A stretch of 45,450 nt of DNA from Orbicella franksi (lineage: Eukaryota), in NCBI GenBank assembly GCA_964199315.1, contig OZ116705.1:30832551-30878000 (forward strand). The letters run 5' to 3'. Below are positions 34,001-44,870 of this stretch, in pieces. The translations under genes and the position numbers were made by a program. The notes under the pieces were generated by a model. It made no database searches and was not told the origin of the DNA. It saw nothing but the letters and a program-made list of their open reading frames with translations. How positions within the stretch are numbered: position 1 is the stretch's first letter; every line of letters starts with the position of its first letter.

Positions 34001-37000
34001 TAATTTTCCCATTTTGCAAACCATATCCGTCCTAGCCATCGTTATTCATCCTCAATTTCTATTGAGTTCCTGTCATTTGTCTAGTACTGTTTGGGTTTCT
34101 TGTTATCTAGCTATGATTTCATCACTTTCTCATGGGTTCCTGTGTTTTGTCCAGAATTGCCCTACTCAGTCGTCCTGTTATCTTAGGAATGTTTCGTGTC
34201 CTATTTGCTGGAAGAACTGTAGAAGCGTGGCGTGAAGTTAAATACCAATCGTTTTTTTTCCTTCGTCTTTTCAGTCTCTCACAGTTCCTGATCCAAACTT
34301 AAGACAGCGCCGCACTTCAAACGTGGACCTGCGTCGCGGGTCAGCAGTGTCCCAGAGACGGGCATCCCGTCCCGTTACCATGCACATGTCCCGCAAAGCG
34401 GTAGAGATCGACGCGTCAAGCGAAGGCAGCGGAACAGATTACTCGGATGATGAAGTTCTTATGTTGAAAAAAGATGACGGATTTAGGCCAGTTAAAGGCC
34501 AACCAGGAATGTACTACAAGGTGGGTGACAGTCTGTGCTATTTTTATATTCAAACTGGGAACAACTTTCGGGAATACTCGTGGGTGTTAAAGCTATTCTT
34601 GATTGGACAATGTGATTCGGAAACTCTTCGGTTCTTCGAAGAAAGATTTGCTATAACAAGCTGTGCTTTTCTGTCGACCTACTCGTGACATGGCAGGAGA
34701 CTTCCAGAGAATTTATTAGCTTAGTAACATTTAACTAGTAATTGCTGTCTTTCCGCCTGCCGTGGACACTGAGAATTTGAAGAATTACTCTAGACACGTC
34801 TTAATGTTGGTTTTCGCATTGCGTAGCCATGTAAAAACCGAGTTAATATGAGCGATGCATACGTCAAAGAAATCACGTCATAAATTGCTCTTGCAATAAT
34901 GTACTCTGATTGGCTGAGAAGTTTGGAAAGCCAACATAAAGACGCCCGAAATCCAAACAAGGCACTTCGGAACAGTTTCGTTGCGTATGCAGTTTACAGC
35001 ATGAGTGGTAATTGTCTTAGTGCTCAAATTTTTTTTTTCATTCCAGAAACATTTGAACAATCCAGTGGACGTTCACGCCAAGAAAATGTTTACCATGCTA
35101 CCAAAGACCCCTCTGATGACACGAAAGAAAAAGAGAAAGAAGTTAACACACTTGGAAGAACTAGAAGAGCACACATTTACTGTACAGTGAGTATCTGTCG
35201 GTTGGCGGGAAAACCTGGCGCTGGCTGCCTGTTTCTGTGCAGCCGCCAAAAAAGGCGGGAAAAGGTTTTGGCAAATGTGTACAAACGCGGGAGCAGGACT
35301 AATTTGCTAATCAGCCAATCAGCTTTCCCTAGGGCGGGAAAATGACTGACTTTGTTAGTCGCTTTACATTCGAAAAAAGGCGGGAAATTTTCCTGGCTTT
35401 AAGCGTTGTGCGGTTGTTGTAAAACAGATAAAAGGCGCGAAATTTTTGAGAGTGACAGCATAGTAGGAACGTCACTATTTTTTGAATCGAAAATCCAAAA
35501 TAAAAGGTCTTATGTACTCGTTGTTTGAATTTGGCCTTATTTTTCGTTTTCTTGTTCTTAACTATAGGCCTCCTTGGTCTAATAAGGGGCACATTCCTCA
35601 CTATGGCCGAGAGAAGATGCAATATGTGGGCCGTCAACTGATGGCTGAGCTGGGTCTCTCTCAGTGGCGCTCCCGTGAGTTTTGGGCCATGTTACTGCTT
35701 ATTGCCTTCACCTGGTGGATTCGTCTGTACACTCATTATGGCGGACAGTGGATTTTCCTTCAAGCTCTGCAAGTTCCCGTCAGCAAGTAAGTCCAAATGC
35801 TTGTTGGTAGTAAAAAAGTTCGATATAGTTATACAAGCTGTCGGTCTGTCGGTCTTCCTATGCGCTCGGACGGCTTTTTTTTGCCGACCACGGCCGTTGG
35901 GGCGTGATGGCGATCATTTTACATTCTGCACTCTCATTGGCCGATTCGAAACACTGGCCACGCACAATGAGTGGACTGTCTTACAGTTCTTCTTCTTATT
36001 GTAAGTATCTTATTGGCAATTTTGAGATGTAATTTCTGACGGCACGATGGCGAGGTCTTGACTATTGATCTCATTCGTTGTTATCAAAATTATATTTTTT
36101 ATAAGAATTACTTAATTCTTGCATTAATTTTTTATTAACTGTATTAATTATTTATCTATTAATTATAGTTATTTTATGTATCTTATTAGTACACGACCCC
36201 ACAAGCTTGTTAGCTTTGACGTCTTTTATCGTGTATAAATAAAGGTTGTATGTATGTATGTATGTATGCGGGGTTTCATGGGTCGGTTAGGGGCAATTTA
36301 GGCTTTTGGCGGGAGATTTAGCTCATTCAAGGTCAGTAAGCCTTCCTCCACTTTTTTTTTCTAGCTTTTGTTACAACAGCTTGTCGTCAAATTGTGAAAT
36401 GTTCTACATGTAGCTTATCGATTTTGTACCCTTTCCTTGGGGTCTTGTACTGATGTATTAGATGAGGAATACGTTTCCACATATTTTTTGGCCACATATA
36501 AAGGGATTTTTTTTAGTGGTTTTTCGTATCTGGCGTACCACAGGTTCTAATTGTCAAAACCAATAGTTGTTAGGGTAAGGACAAGGGTACAGATTATCTT
36601 ATAAGACGGAATACATCTGCATCAGGTGACTGACTGACTGTGGCATCCTCAATAAACTATTCACATTGAATGTCTCGTGTTGTGCAGTCAGAATTTGTAT
36701 TTTATGTCACGACAGTGTCATGATGTTTGGAGAGCTTATGATAACTGACACACCTTACAGCATATGTTTGTTCTTGTTTACTAGTTCTAAAACAATCTTT
36801 GTCTTTGTTTACACTAGGTATGAATTCCAAGCCTACACAGTGAATCTGAACTATCAAAGCACGCTGCTGAACACAGTAGAAGAGATCAGTATGGTAGTTA
36901 TAGGACCGTTCTTCAACATCGTCCTGTTCTGTTTGCTGGTGATCTTCTCCTGGGCTATTCAGAGGCTTTTTGGAACTTCTCCTAACATCTTCTCTCGTTT

Positions 37001-37427
37001 TATTATGGCGTATGGCATCAATGTATTGCTTGATCCTATTTGGATTCTGATCGTTGATTCTGCACTCATGAGGTCAGTATATAGGAGGATCTTTGTTTAC
37101 AATATTCGCCTCATTAGCATAAGCGATACAGTTTCTGATGGAGCTATAAAAACATTAGTTCTTAATATTGAAAGGGTACAGCACGATTAACTGTCCTGAG
37201 GAATCTGAACCCGATGTATTGAATACTTTTCGTGCGACGCGGGTTTGAAACTGTAAGTTTTACAAAGAATGTATGAGCTCATTGGCGCTTTTGCCATCCA
37301 AAATTTTGCACTTCTTGAAAGCTAGTTTCTCCTCGAGTATTACACCCAGAGAGCCAAAATTTACACCAAATACTTAATTTCACAAGCTCTTTAAATGTTT
37401 GTAGCGCAAAGTGGACTGTTAACGAGG

Positions 37428-37461
<34 letters not shown>

Positions 37462-40324
37462 GTATTTAACAAGTCAACCACGTATAGTTTTATGGCGTTA
37501 TTTCTGTAGTCTATGAAACAATTAGATTATGAGCTCGAGATTTTTGTCACGCATATTAATCGAGAGGGAATAATCTAATTGTTTTAATCGTTCAAAGCAT
37601 AAACAACAAGACAGGTTCATGACGCTTCGAGAACGCAAAGAAGCGGCCGCCATTCTTTTGACAACCGCACACTGCTAGGCTACTCACTATCTACGATTAG
37701 TATAAATCGACTAGCGTTCTATCACGAATGCCGTTCTCTGATCGGCCACGCTACTCGCTATCTGTGATAGATAGTGAGTAGCGTAACAGTGGGCCCTTGT
37801 TAACAAAATGACGTCCGCTTCTTGGCGTTTTCGAAGTGTCTGGGAAGAGGATTGAGATAAAGGTTTGAACGACTACTAGATTTATACTAAAACAATTAGA
37901 TTCTTCGCTCTCGATTTCCACGCGTGATAGAAATCTCGAGCTCATAATCCAATTGTTTAATAGATGGCAAGGAGCGTAGCCAACAATGGAACGGCATTCG
38001 TGATAGAACGCTAGTAGCCTAAACTGAACGAGTTTAGAATCGAAAAAATGTGGTCAATTTAGTTTTTGAAGAAAATCTCAGCTCCAGGAAGTCACTGAAA
38101 TCATGTCGCTAGGTTAAAACCGTCCTAATTTAGAGCTAAATTCTCCATAGATTATGGCTGTAAATTTTTATAAAACAGTAAGGAGAATTTGCATGTGTTG
38201 TAGGTTTCTGAACGTGGGAGGCGACGTCCCTATAGGAGACGCCTTCAAACTCTATTGGCATTTCTTCCGGTTTGACGGTAATGGCGCCGTGGGAATCGTT
38301 CTGACAATCTTCCTGTATGTCGTGACTCTCTTCACTGCTTCATCTGTACTCTACATGTACTTCCTGCGTCTGCACAACAATGGCCGACTGATGGACGTGT
38401 ATCACCGCCTTCATGCAAGGGAAGATGAGTTCTTCATTCCGTACGACCTGGAAATTTCCAACGTGGAGCTGAGTTATGTGGCCAAAAAGGCTGAACAATG
38501 GCGAGGAGAAGAGGGGGAAAGAAGGAAAGTTGCTGTTTATGATTACATTTGGGAAGAAGAGCAGGTTTGTGTCTTGCTTGACCTGTTTAGCTTGAGGTAA
38601 CAGATACATAGTATTTTTGCGTCATCCAAGAGAGGTCTGAACCCGAAAATTCCATACTGATGACGTAGCCCTAGACGGTTCTGTGATTGGTTGTAAATTG
38701 GTTTTGAATTTTCGCGCGCAAATAATAACCTATCAGAAACGTTACACGGGTCTCTGTAGTTTTACGTCATCAAACTTAACTCTCGTACATGAAACCATCA
38801 GAAATAGCAATTTGTTGTCGCTTGAACAAAACTACTTTGTAGTTTTTGTGTTCCTTGTGGGCTGTTAATTATTTAACAGTCTTGAACTTTCCATTTTGAT
38901 TTTTCCGATGACCAGACACGTTCCGTGGTGGGAACATGGGAGTTTGAGACCGGCTAAGTCTTAACTGTCTCCAGAAATTACAAAGTTTGTTCATTTTCTC
39001 GGGGCTTCACTGATAAACCATTGCTTTAGCACGTTTCTGCTTCCTTGGAACACTGTGCTTTAAGTAGTGTTAAATAACTGATGTCTCTCATGGACTGATG
39101 TCAGTGTCATGTGTTGATAACACGCCATGTTATCATCTCAATGTATCCTTTGACATGGTCTGACCCAGTTCTTTGCGTGATAGATTGACGAGTCTGATAT
39201 GGGAGCTTCAGACCGAAAGAAGACTGGGCACCGTGAGATCACGAGTCACGTGTCTATACACACGATTCACTTGGATGGATTGAGAGAGCTCTATAGGCAC
39301 TTCCTTAGGCTTCCTGACGGCGCTATTGTCGAGGTATGGAAATGTTTCTTTGTTGTTAACCTGTCTCTGTCTTTTGCCCTTGTACTATAAGAAATGAATA
39401 AAGGCACGCTGGCTGACTGATTGACTGACTGACTGTCTGACCAACTGACCCACTGACCGACTGACTAACCGACAGATTGACCGATCGACTGACTCACTGA
39501 CCAGCTGACTGACTGGCTGACCAACCGACTGACTGACTGACTGACTGACTGACGAACTCATGACTGACTGTCTGATGGGCTGACTGATGGACTGACAGAC
39601 TGACGGATGACTGATTGACTGACTGACTGACTGACGAACTCATGACTGACTGACAGACTGTCTGACAGACTGACTGATGGACTGACGGATGGACTGACGG
39701 ATGACTGATTGACTGATAAATGACTGTCTGTCTGTTTGTTTGACAGACAGACAGACAGACAGACACAGTCAGACAGATGACTGCTTCCCCTGCAGATCGA
39801 TCGACTGACTGATGAATTCATTGATCAGTAGATAGATTCGACTTGGCATGAAGTTATGGATTCCTCTACGAAGCTTAAGATGTTAGGGTGTGTTCCTTTG
39901 GGGTGATCTGGATCAGGATCAGTGATCCAAGGTCACTTGGATCATGGTGCATCAAAGGAACCGATGAATCTGTGACCAGAGTGGATTCGTCGGTTCCTTT
40001 GATGCACCATGATCCGAGTGATCTTGGATGACTGATCCGGATCCGGATCACCCCAAAGGAACGCACCCTTAATCGACGTATCATATTCTCCTCTTCTTCC
40101 CTTATTAGGTATTTGGTGAAATGGGCGTGGCCGGCATGGATGAGAGCATCAAGCAAGCGCTTATTAAAGGAACCACGTACCAGTCCATGGACAGTGCAAG
40201 AGGCTCACGGGCGAGTCTAAGAGCGAGGTCCCGGGCCGGGTCAGGAATCAGCGAGTCATCTCTTCGGAGACCTTCAGTGATGTTAGAAGTTCCCAAGACT
40301 GCGCGATCTCCTTCGCCCGTGTAG
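25018..40324 (+). CDS. OFCC1: OFCC1/ojoplano-like protein: acidic low-complexity N-terminus, coiled coil, C2-like beta domain, several TM helices; 1406 aa, 18 exons
   Basis: Exons 25018-25662, 26261-26834, 27810-28066, 28631-28792, 29170-29280, 29857-29998, 30617-30759, 30920-31089, 31196-31327, 32073-32261, 33000-33108, 34275-34520, 35047-35186, 35568-35786, 36818-37072, 38204-38564, 39184-39333, 40109-40324. All introns are GT-AG, phases are compatible, and the total is 4221 nt without internal stops. Motifs W.RTPQP..I.LKCLRGVKDKLP.GRY, LYDRLGG, GWGCFP, LENWLCNLYF and RLHNNGRL.D match my memory of OFCC1 homologs; no search was run. Confidence 0.8.
29380..29779. mobile_element. Complete PIF/Harbinger-type MITE (400 bp)
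   Basis: TAA|GGCTTCCTCTACACTATGCCGGAGGAATTTGAAAA ... TTTTCAAATTTCTCTGGCATAGTGTGGACACTGCC|TAA, with TSD at 29377-29379 and 29780-29782. Confidence 0.8.
30130..30305 (+). mobile_element. LINE 3'-end fragment (same family as 36060-36268)
   Basis: Shares GACCCCACAAGCT...TAGCTTT...ATCGT...AAATAAAGGTTG with 36195-36248. The 5' boundary is approximate. Confidence 0.55.
32448..32756. mobile_element. Palindromic MITE interrupted by a LINE tail
   Basis: Arms AGATTCCATGTTG...CTGTTCAGTAAT...GACATCAAAATGTG and CACATTTTGATGTC...ATTACTGAA...CAACATGGAATCT. Confidence 0.65.
32461..32594 (-). mobile_element. Short LINE 3' tail with a (TATG)12 microsatellite end
   Basis: On minus, ...GAAATAAAG is followed by (TATG)n; on plus this is (CATA)12 at 32461-32508. 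Confidence 0.6.
33825..34015. mobile_element. Degraded palindromic MITE
   Basis: Inverted blocks AAAACGAGTC/GACTCGTTTT and TGCAAAAC/GTTTTGCA around GAAAATGAA...TCATTTTC. Confidence 0.5.
36060..36268 (+). mobile_element. LINE 3' tail ending in AATAAA + (TATG)5
   Basis: AATAAA at 36238-36243, (TATG)5 at 36249-36268, homologous to 30248-30305. Confidence 0.55.
37511..37963. mobile_element. About 450-bp element with about 80-bp inverted arms, each arm quasi-palindromic
   Basis: 37511-37590 and 37884-37963 are inverted copies (AAACAATT(A/G)GATTATGAGCTCGAGATTT...ATCGAGAG..AA.AATCTAATTGTTTTA). No TSD found. Confidence 0.65.
39410..39815. repeat. Compound (GACT)/(GACA) microsatellite array
   Basis: About 400 bp of GACT-type tetramers with a repeated GACTGACGAACTCATGACTGACT block (about 39547 and 39629), in OFCC1 intron 17. 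Confidence 0.9.
39886..40068. mobile_element. Foldback PIF/Harbinger-type MITE (183 bp)
   Basis: TTA TSD at 39883-39885 and 40069-40071. About 85-bp near-perfect inverted arms GGGTG(T/C)GTTCCTTTGGGGTGATC...GGAACCGA(T/C)GAATC. Confidence 0.85.
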
Positions 40325-40389
40325 GACTGGGTGGACGCGACAAGGCAATAGTATCTTAGATGCTGTAAAGAAGTTAGCATATTACTGTA

Positions 40390-40698
40390 CCGCAAACTGC
40401 CGCTTATAAGCCCTGGGACTATGCAACTTCGTTACAGTTTTTAGATGGGCTTATAAACGGAGGAGCTTATATCCGTGGGGGGCTTAAAACCGAAATATAA
40501 AAACTGTTTCTAAACGAGCTATAACTGCACATGTTGATCGAAATAGGTGTTTCATTTACTGGTAACTAAGCTTTAAAACATGATAATAAAACAAATTCAA
40601 AGAAGGAAAGCTAGAGGGGCGTTTATAACCGGTGGTAGTTTTTGGTTTACAAGTACATGGGCCCATAACCGGGGGGACTTTTCAGCGGCAGTTTACGG
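40390..40698. mobile_element. Tc1/mariner-type MITE (309 bp) just downstream of the OFCC1 stop
   Basis: TA|CCGCAAACTGCCGCT ... AGCGGCAGTTTACGG|TA. Confidence 0.75.
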
Positions 40699-43408
40699 TA
40701 ACTGTATTACTATGTGCTATCTCTAAAAAAGTTTATTTTTGTATCGGAAACGAAAAGGACAAATGGAAAGACACCAAACTCTTAGGCGTCACAAGAGATT
40801 CATTAACAAGTACAACAACAAATGATAAAAGGCAAACGCTATACTTTAATGTCGTTGTCAAGCAGACAAATATCAGGATCAAGAAAATCATCGAAAACGA
40901 GATATTATCTTGATAAGCTACCAGATTCTCCAAACTAACATTAAGGAAAATGTAGATACATTTGCTAGAGGAATTTAATATTTCGACTTTTGAAAGCAAA
41001 TCATAATCAATTTGCAGTGTAAGTTGGACACACTATTTCAACATATTTCAATCTAATCATAGTTAACAGAGAGAAATGGTTAAGAAGCCCGGTAAACATC
41101 AAGAAAAGCAAACAAAGAGCCTAAGATTTATGTTGGAGGGTCCTTGACCCTGCACATCTTTTGTTTTATGCTCATTGACTATGCACGAATTACATAATCG
41201 CAATGCTTCTATTGGTTAGTTGTATGAGCACACATAACCACCTATATTATTTTGCCAGGTTTTGTGCAGGATCAACTCCCAAAATAACCAACAAAAACAT
41301 AGAACAAAGAACTTTATCAGGTTTCGTAACCATTTCCCTCTATTAACTATGCTCTAAGCTTGTGTTTCCATATTAAGCGCTTTTAGATCACTGCAATCAA
41401 AAGAAGTTATTGTTAATCCAGATTGACCATCGCTAGCGCGTGATGGCTTGACGAGTCTTTGATCGATAGAAGTTTCGATGCTTCTCAATTTCTTCAAAGC
41501 ATTTTCTAGCCTAGCCTCAACCTTTAAATTCACCCAACTGTTTCCATATATTTTCTTAGACATCTCTTGAGAGAATTTACGCTTTAATGAAACGTTTTAA
41601 TGCACGATCTTCCAATCGAAGAAGAGGAAAGAGAGTGACTTATCTTTTGTCCTCTTCTTCATGAAAGCCACGCGCAGAGCGAGTCGTTCGCGCGCGCAAG
41701 ACGCGCGTTTTCGTTTAGATAGACTGTGATCGTGAAAGATGATTGCAGTTCCAAAACTATTTTTTTACATGTGTAGATTTACCTCTGATATTTTTTTACT
41801 ACTAGCTAAGCGTTTTACTTTAAAATAGCTTGGAAAATGATTTAAGTTATTTTCACTCTTGCCGGCCAGGGATCCTTGTAAATAAGTTTTCGCATATCCT
41901 TGTTTGAGAGTATTTAATGTTATTTACGTTTACAAGGCCTTTGTAAAGTATTTATCTTTAGCATCGTTATTTACTTTGAAAGTTTTTTCTGTTTCTCTTT
42001 ATAAAGAAATGGGTTCATATGTAGGTGAATCTTTTGGCAGATAACCAAACACTTTCCTTTTTTTCTTTTTAAAGATATAAAGGTAGTAATTTTAGACTTA
42101 CTTCAAGCAAACAATTCGAAGCAGAACATATAACCGACGGAATACGCGGGAAAATATGTAGCCGCTCATTGCAAAGCGCGGGAAAACACACGGGAAAACA
42201 TGTAACCTTGGTAACTAGTCTTAACCGATACAAATCTCGTGTGAGCTCAGCACGATTGATTCTCATTTTGCCATCTGATTGGCTGAAAATACAGCAGCTT
42301 CAATCGCATAGGTTAAAACAGGACTTTGCGCTTAGCAAACGCCAATAACCTTAGTTTCTTAGGGTTTTATTGTAAATAGTTATTTTTATGTATGAGAAAT
42401 TATTACTAGTTAGTAAGAGTAGGATTTTGTTAAATTAAAAAAACGCAACATTCGTTACTGTACTGTTAATTAGATTTGATTTTTTTAAAATTTGATTTCG
42501 TAATTTTCTACAATAAATATTGCAAAACAAATCTGGTAATTTTCGTCATGAGTTTTTGTTAGCGTTCTGAAAGAACCAGCATCATAAATGACCCTATTTA
42601 AGTGCCTAAGAGTAAGCCTCTTCACAGATGAGAGCTTAAAACCAAGAAGTGGGTACAACTATAAGAAGAGAGAAACGCTTGTGGACAGTCTAGGAAAGAC
42701 CCACCAAGGTGCAAACTTCATCGGCAAGTTCAAATCAGAGTAGAACCTTGTGATTTGGCTCTAGCATGTGATCGGCATTGAACTATGAATCAAGTTGAAC
42801 TGGTATGTTAAATTTTTTTCCAAAGGACGTTAGTTTATTTTTAGAAGGATCGATCGTTGTTCCCGATATGAACTTTGAAATACGGCGTTAATATCAGCCC
42901 AGATTACCACTCCCTTCGAGGAGCCGATAAAAAATTGCTACTATAATATTTTTGTGACGGGATTTCCACATCTAAGGTGACCTTAGGCTATTTTTGTTTG
43001 ACTTGCGAACAAGGGCTGAGTATTAACTCTTCCAGGCAAGAGGTATTAAAAGATCGGCGCCATTAAACTTGACTCGGAGAGTGTCCTTGTTTGACCTTCC
43101 GATTTCAGCGACATTGAATCGACCACATCACGGGATGTGAGTATTTCCTTATCATTTGACCATTATTGGGTTTTACAAATGTCATCTGAAAATTTCAGTC
43201 ATTTGATTAGCGTACTTTAGAATTGCCCTTGAATGCCCTTTCGATAAACTCACGGATGGCCTGGAAGCGAGAAATTCTAAACCAATCAGATTGGCTTAGT
43301 TCGCGTGAATATTTATACGGATCGTTTCCTTTCTGAACGCACACACCGTGAATCGAACTCAACATCGGACAGATTTTGCTCTACTTCTGAAAGCGTTTTC
43401 GCTCCATA

Positions 43409-43861
43409 ATGACGTATCTAATTGTCGAAATTTTCACTGTTATAGCGTTCGTCCTCTGGCAATATCTGAAGTCGTTTGTTCAGTTTTTTTTCCCTCCTCC
43501 ACGGAAGGACATCAATGGAGAAATCATTTTTCTGACGGGCGCGGGAAGCGGTCTTGGTCGCATGTTAGCCTTCAAATTTGCCAAGCTTGGAGCCACAGTG
43601 ATCTGCGTCGACATAAATCAAACTGCTAACGAAGCTACGGTGGAAGAAATCAAATCTCTTGGCTTCCAGGCTCGGGGTTATAAGTGTGACTGTAGCAACC
43701 GAGATGACATTTATCGAGTGGCCGAACTTGTAAAGAACGAAGTCGGCGAAGTCACAATTTTGATCAATAACGCAGGGATCGTCAGCGGCAAAAAATTCAT
43801 GGAAACAGAAGATTGGAAGATTCAGAAGACCTTTGAGGTTAACACGATGGCACACTTTTGG
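43409..43861 (+). CDS. Exon 1 of a short-chain dehydrogenase/reductase, SDR16C family (epidermal retinol dehydrogenase 2 / RDH10 / HSD17B11-like); gene continues beyond the window
   Basis: N-terminal hydrophobic anchor, TGAGSGLG cofactor motif, VDIN, CDCS, ILINNAGI, TFEVNTMAHFW, then donor GTGAGG at 43862 (phase 0). No second exon found before 45450. Confidence 0.92.
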
Positions 43862-44669
43862 GTGAGGTTACATTAATGTTGTGTACGTAAGAGTAAAATA
43901 TATTGTGTGAACACCAGCGCACGAGGCCTGTATGAACGTGTGTTTACACACATTGCGCTGTTGTCGAACTGAAACGAACACGTCAAAGGTCATGTTTTCT
44001 AAGATTTCTTTTCTTTTTCTTTATCGCGTTTGATTTTGTCAGGTATTTCATTCAAATCACTTTGTAGCTTCATTTGTTACTTCGTTTCATCGGTAAGGCT
44101 CAAATGAACGCTTTTTTGGCATGTTCTGCTCATCTCGGTCAAGGTCCAAATTCAAGTGGTATGGTGGGAGAGGGGTGGGGTGTGGATGTATTCCTCCCTC
44201 TCTTTTGGTTAATAATCAGGAAACCAAAATGGGCAATGCATTGTTCCAGATTGTTCAAGGGAGGTTCTTCTTTTGAATTTCCAACCCCTCTGCAGAATTC
44301 CAGTTCAGCTACACATGATCATACTTTCCAAATTATTCCCAAATTGGCCAGACAGGCAAGACTTCGTTTAACCTCTAAAGTTTTTGCTAGTGTCATGGAA
44401 CAGGTTCTCCAATTCAAGTGACAATTATTTGGAATTTTTTTGTTTAGTTTGTGAAACAACGAAAAAGGTGAAATTTGACTAGATGTTCATTTGAAGGGAA
44501 CTCTCCATCATTGCAGCACAATTTGCACAAATTATTCAAGTTGGCTAGGGCATTCAGTGCTAAGTTTTAGTGTGTTTTATATTTCCCATATTAAGTGAAA
44601 TAATACCAACTCTGTGCCAACGAAAGATCATGGTTTATCGGCAATTTGTTTTTACAACTGACGGTATAT

Positions 44670-44870
44670 TTAACAAATTGACACTAGTTTTGTATGCATC
44701 TGTTGAAGATTTGATAATAAATTTTGTCATAACATTAATGTCAAAGCAGCTGTGGATGCAAGGTACATACATGTAGCCAAGTGCATCCACAAACTTCTTT
44801 GACAATGTTATAACAAAATTTATCATCAAGAGTAGGACAGAGGCTTATTTAAGAGCTGGTGTCAATTTGT
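44670..44870. mobile_element. Old palindromic MITE
   Basis: Inverted arms AACAAATTGACAC...TTGATAATAAATTTTGTCATAACATT...GTGGATGCA and TGCATCCAC...AATGTTATAACAAAATTTATCATCAA...GTGTCAATTTGTT. Confidence 0.6.

Noticed and set aside
39494-39821. SVSQ-repeat ORFs
   Set aside because: They are translations of the GACT microsatellite.
42628-42802. AG...GT-bounded segment as an extra coding exon
   Set aside because: It contains an in-frame stop and has no link to neighbouring frames. It could be a UTR or lncRNA exon but this is unsupported.
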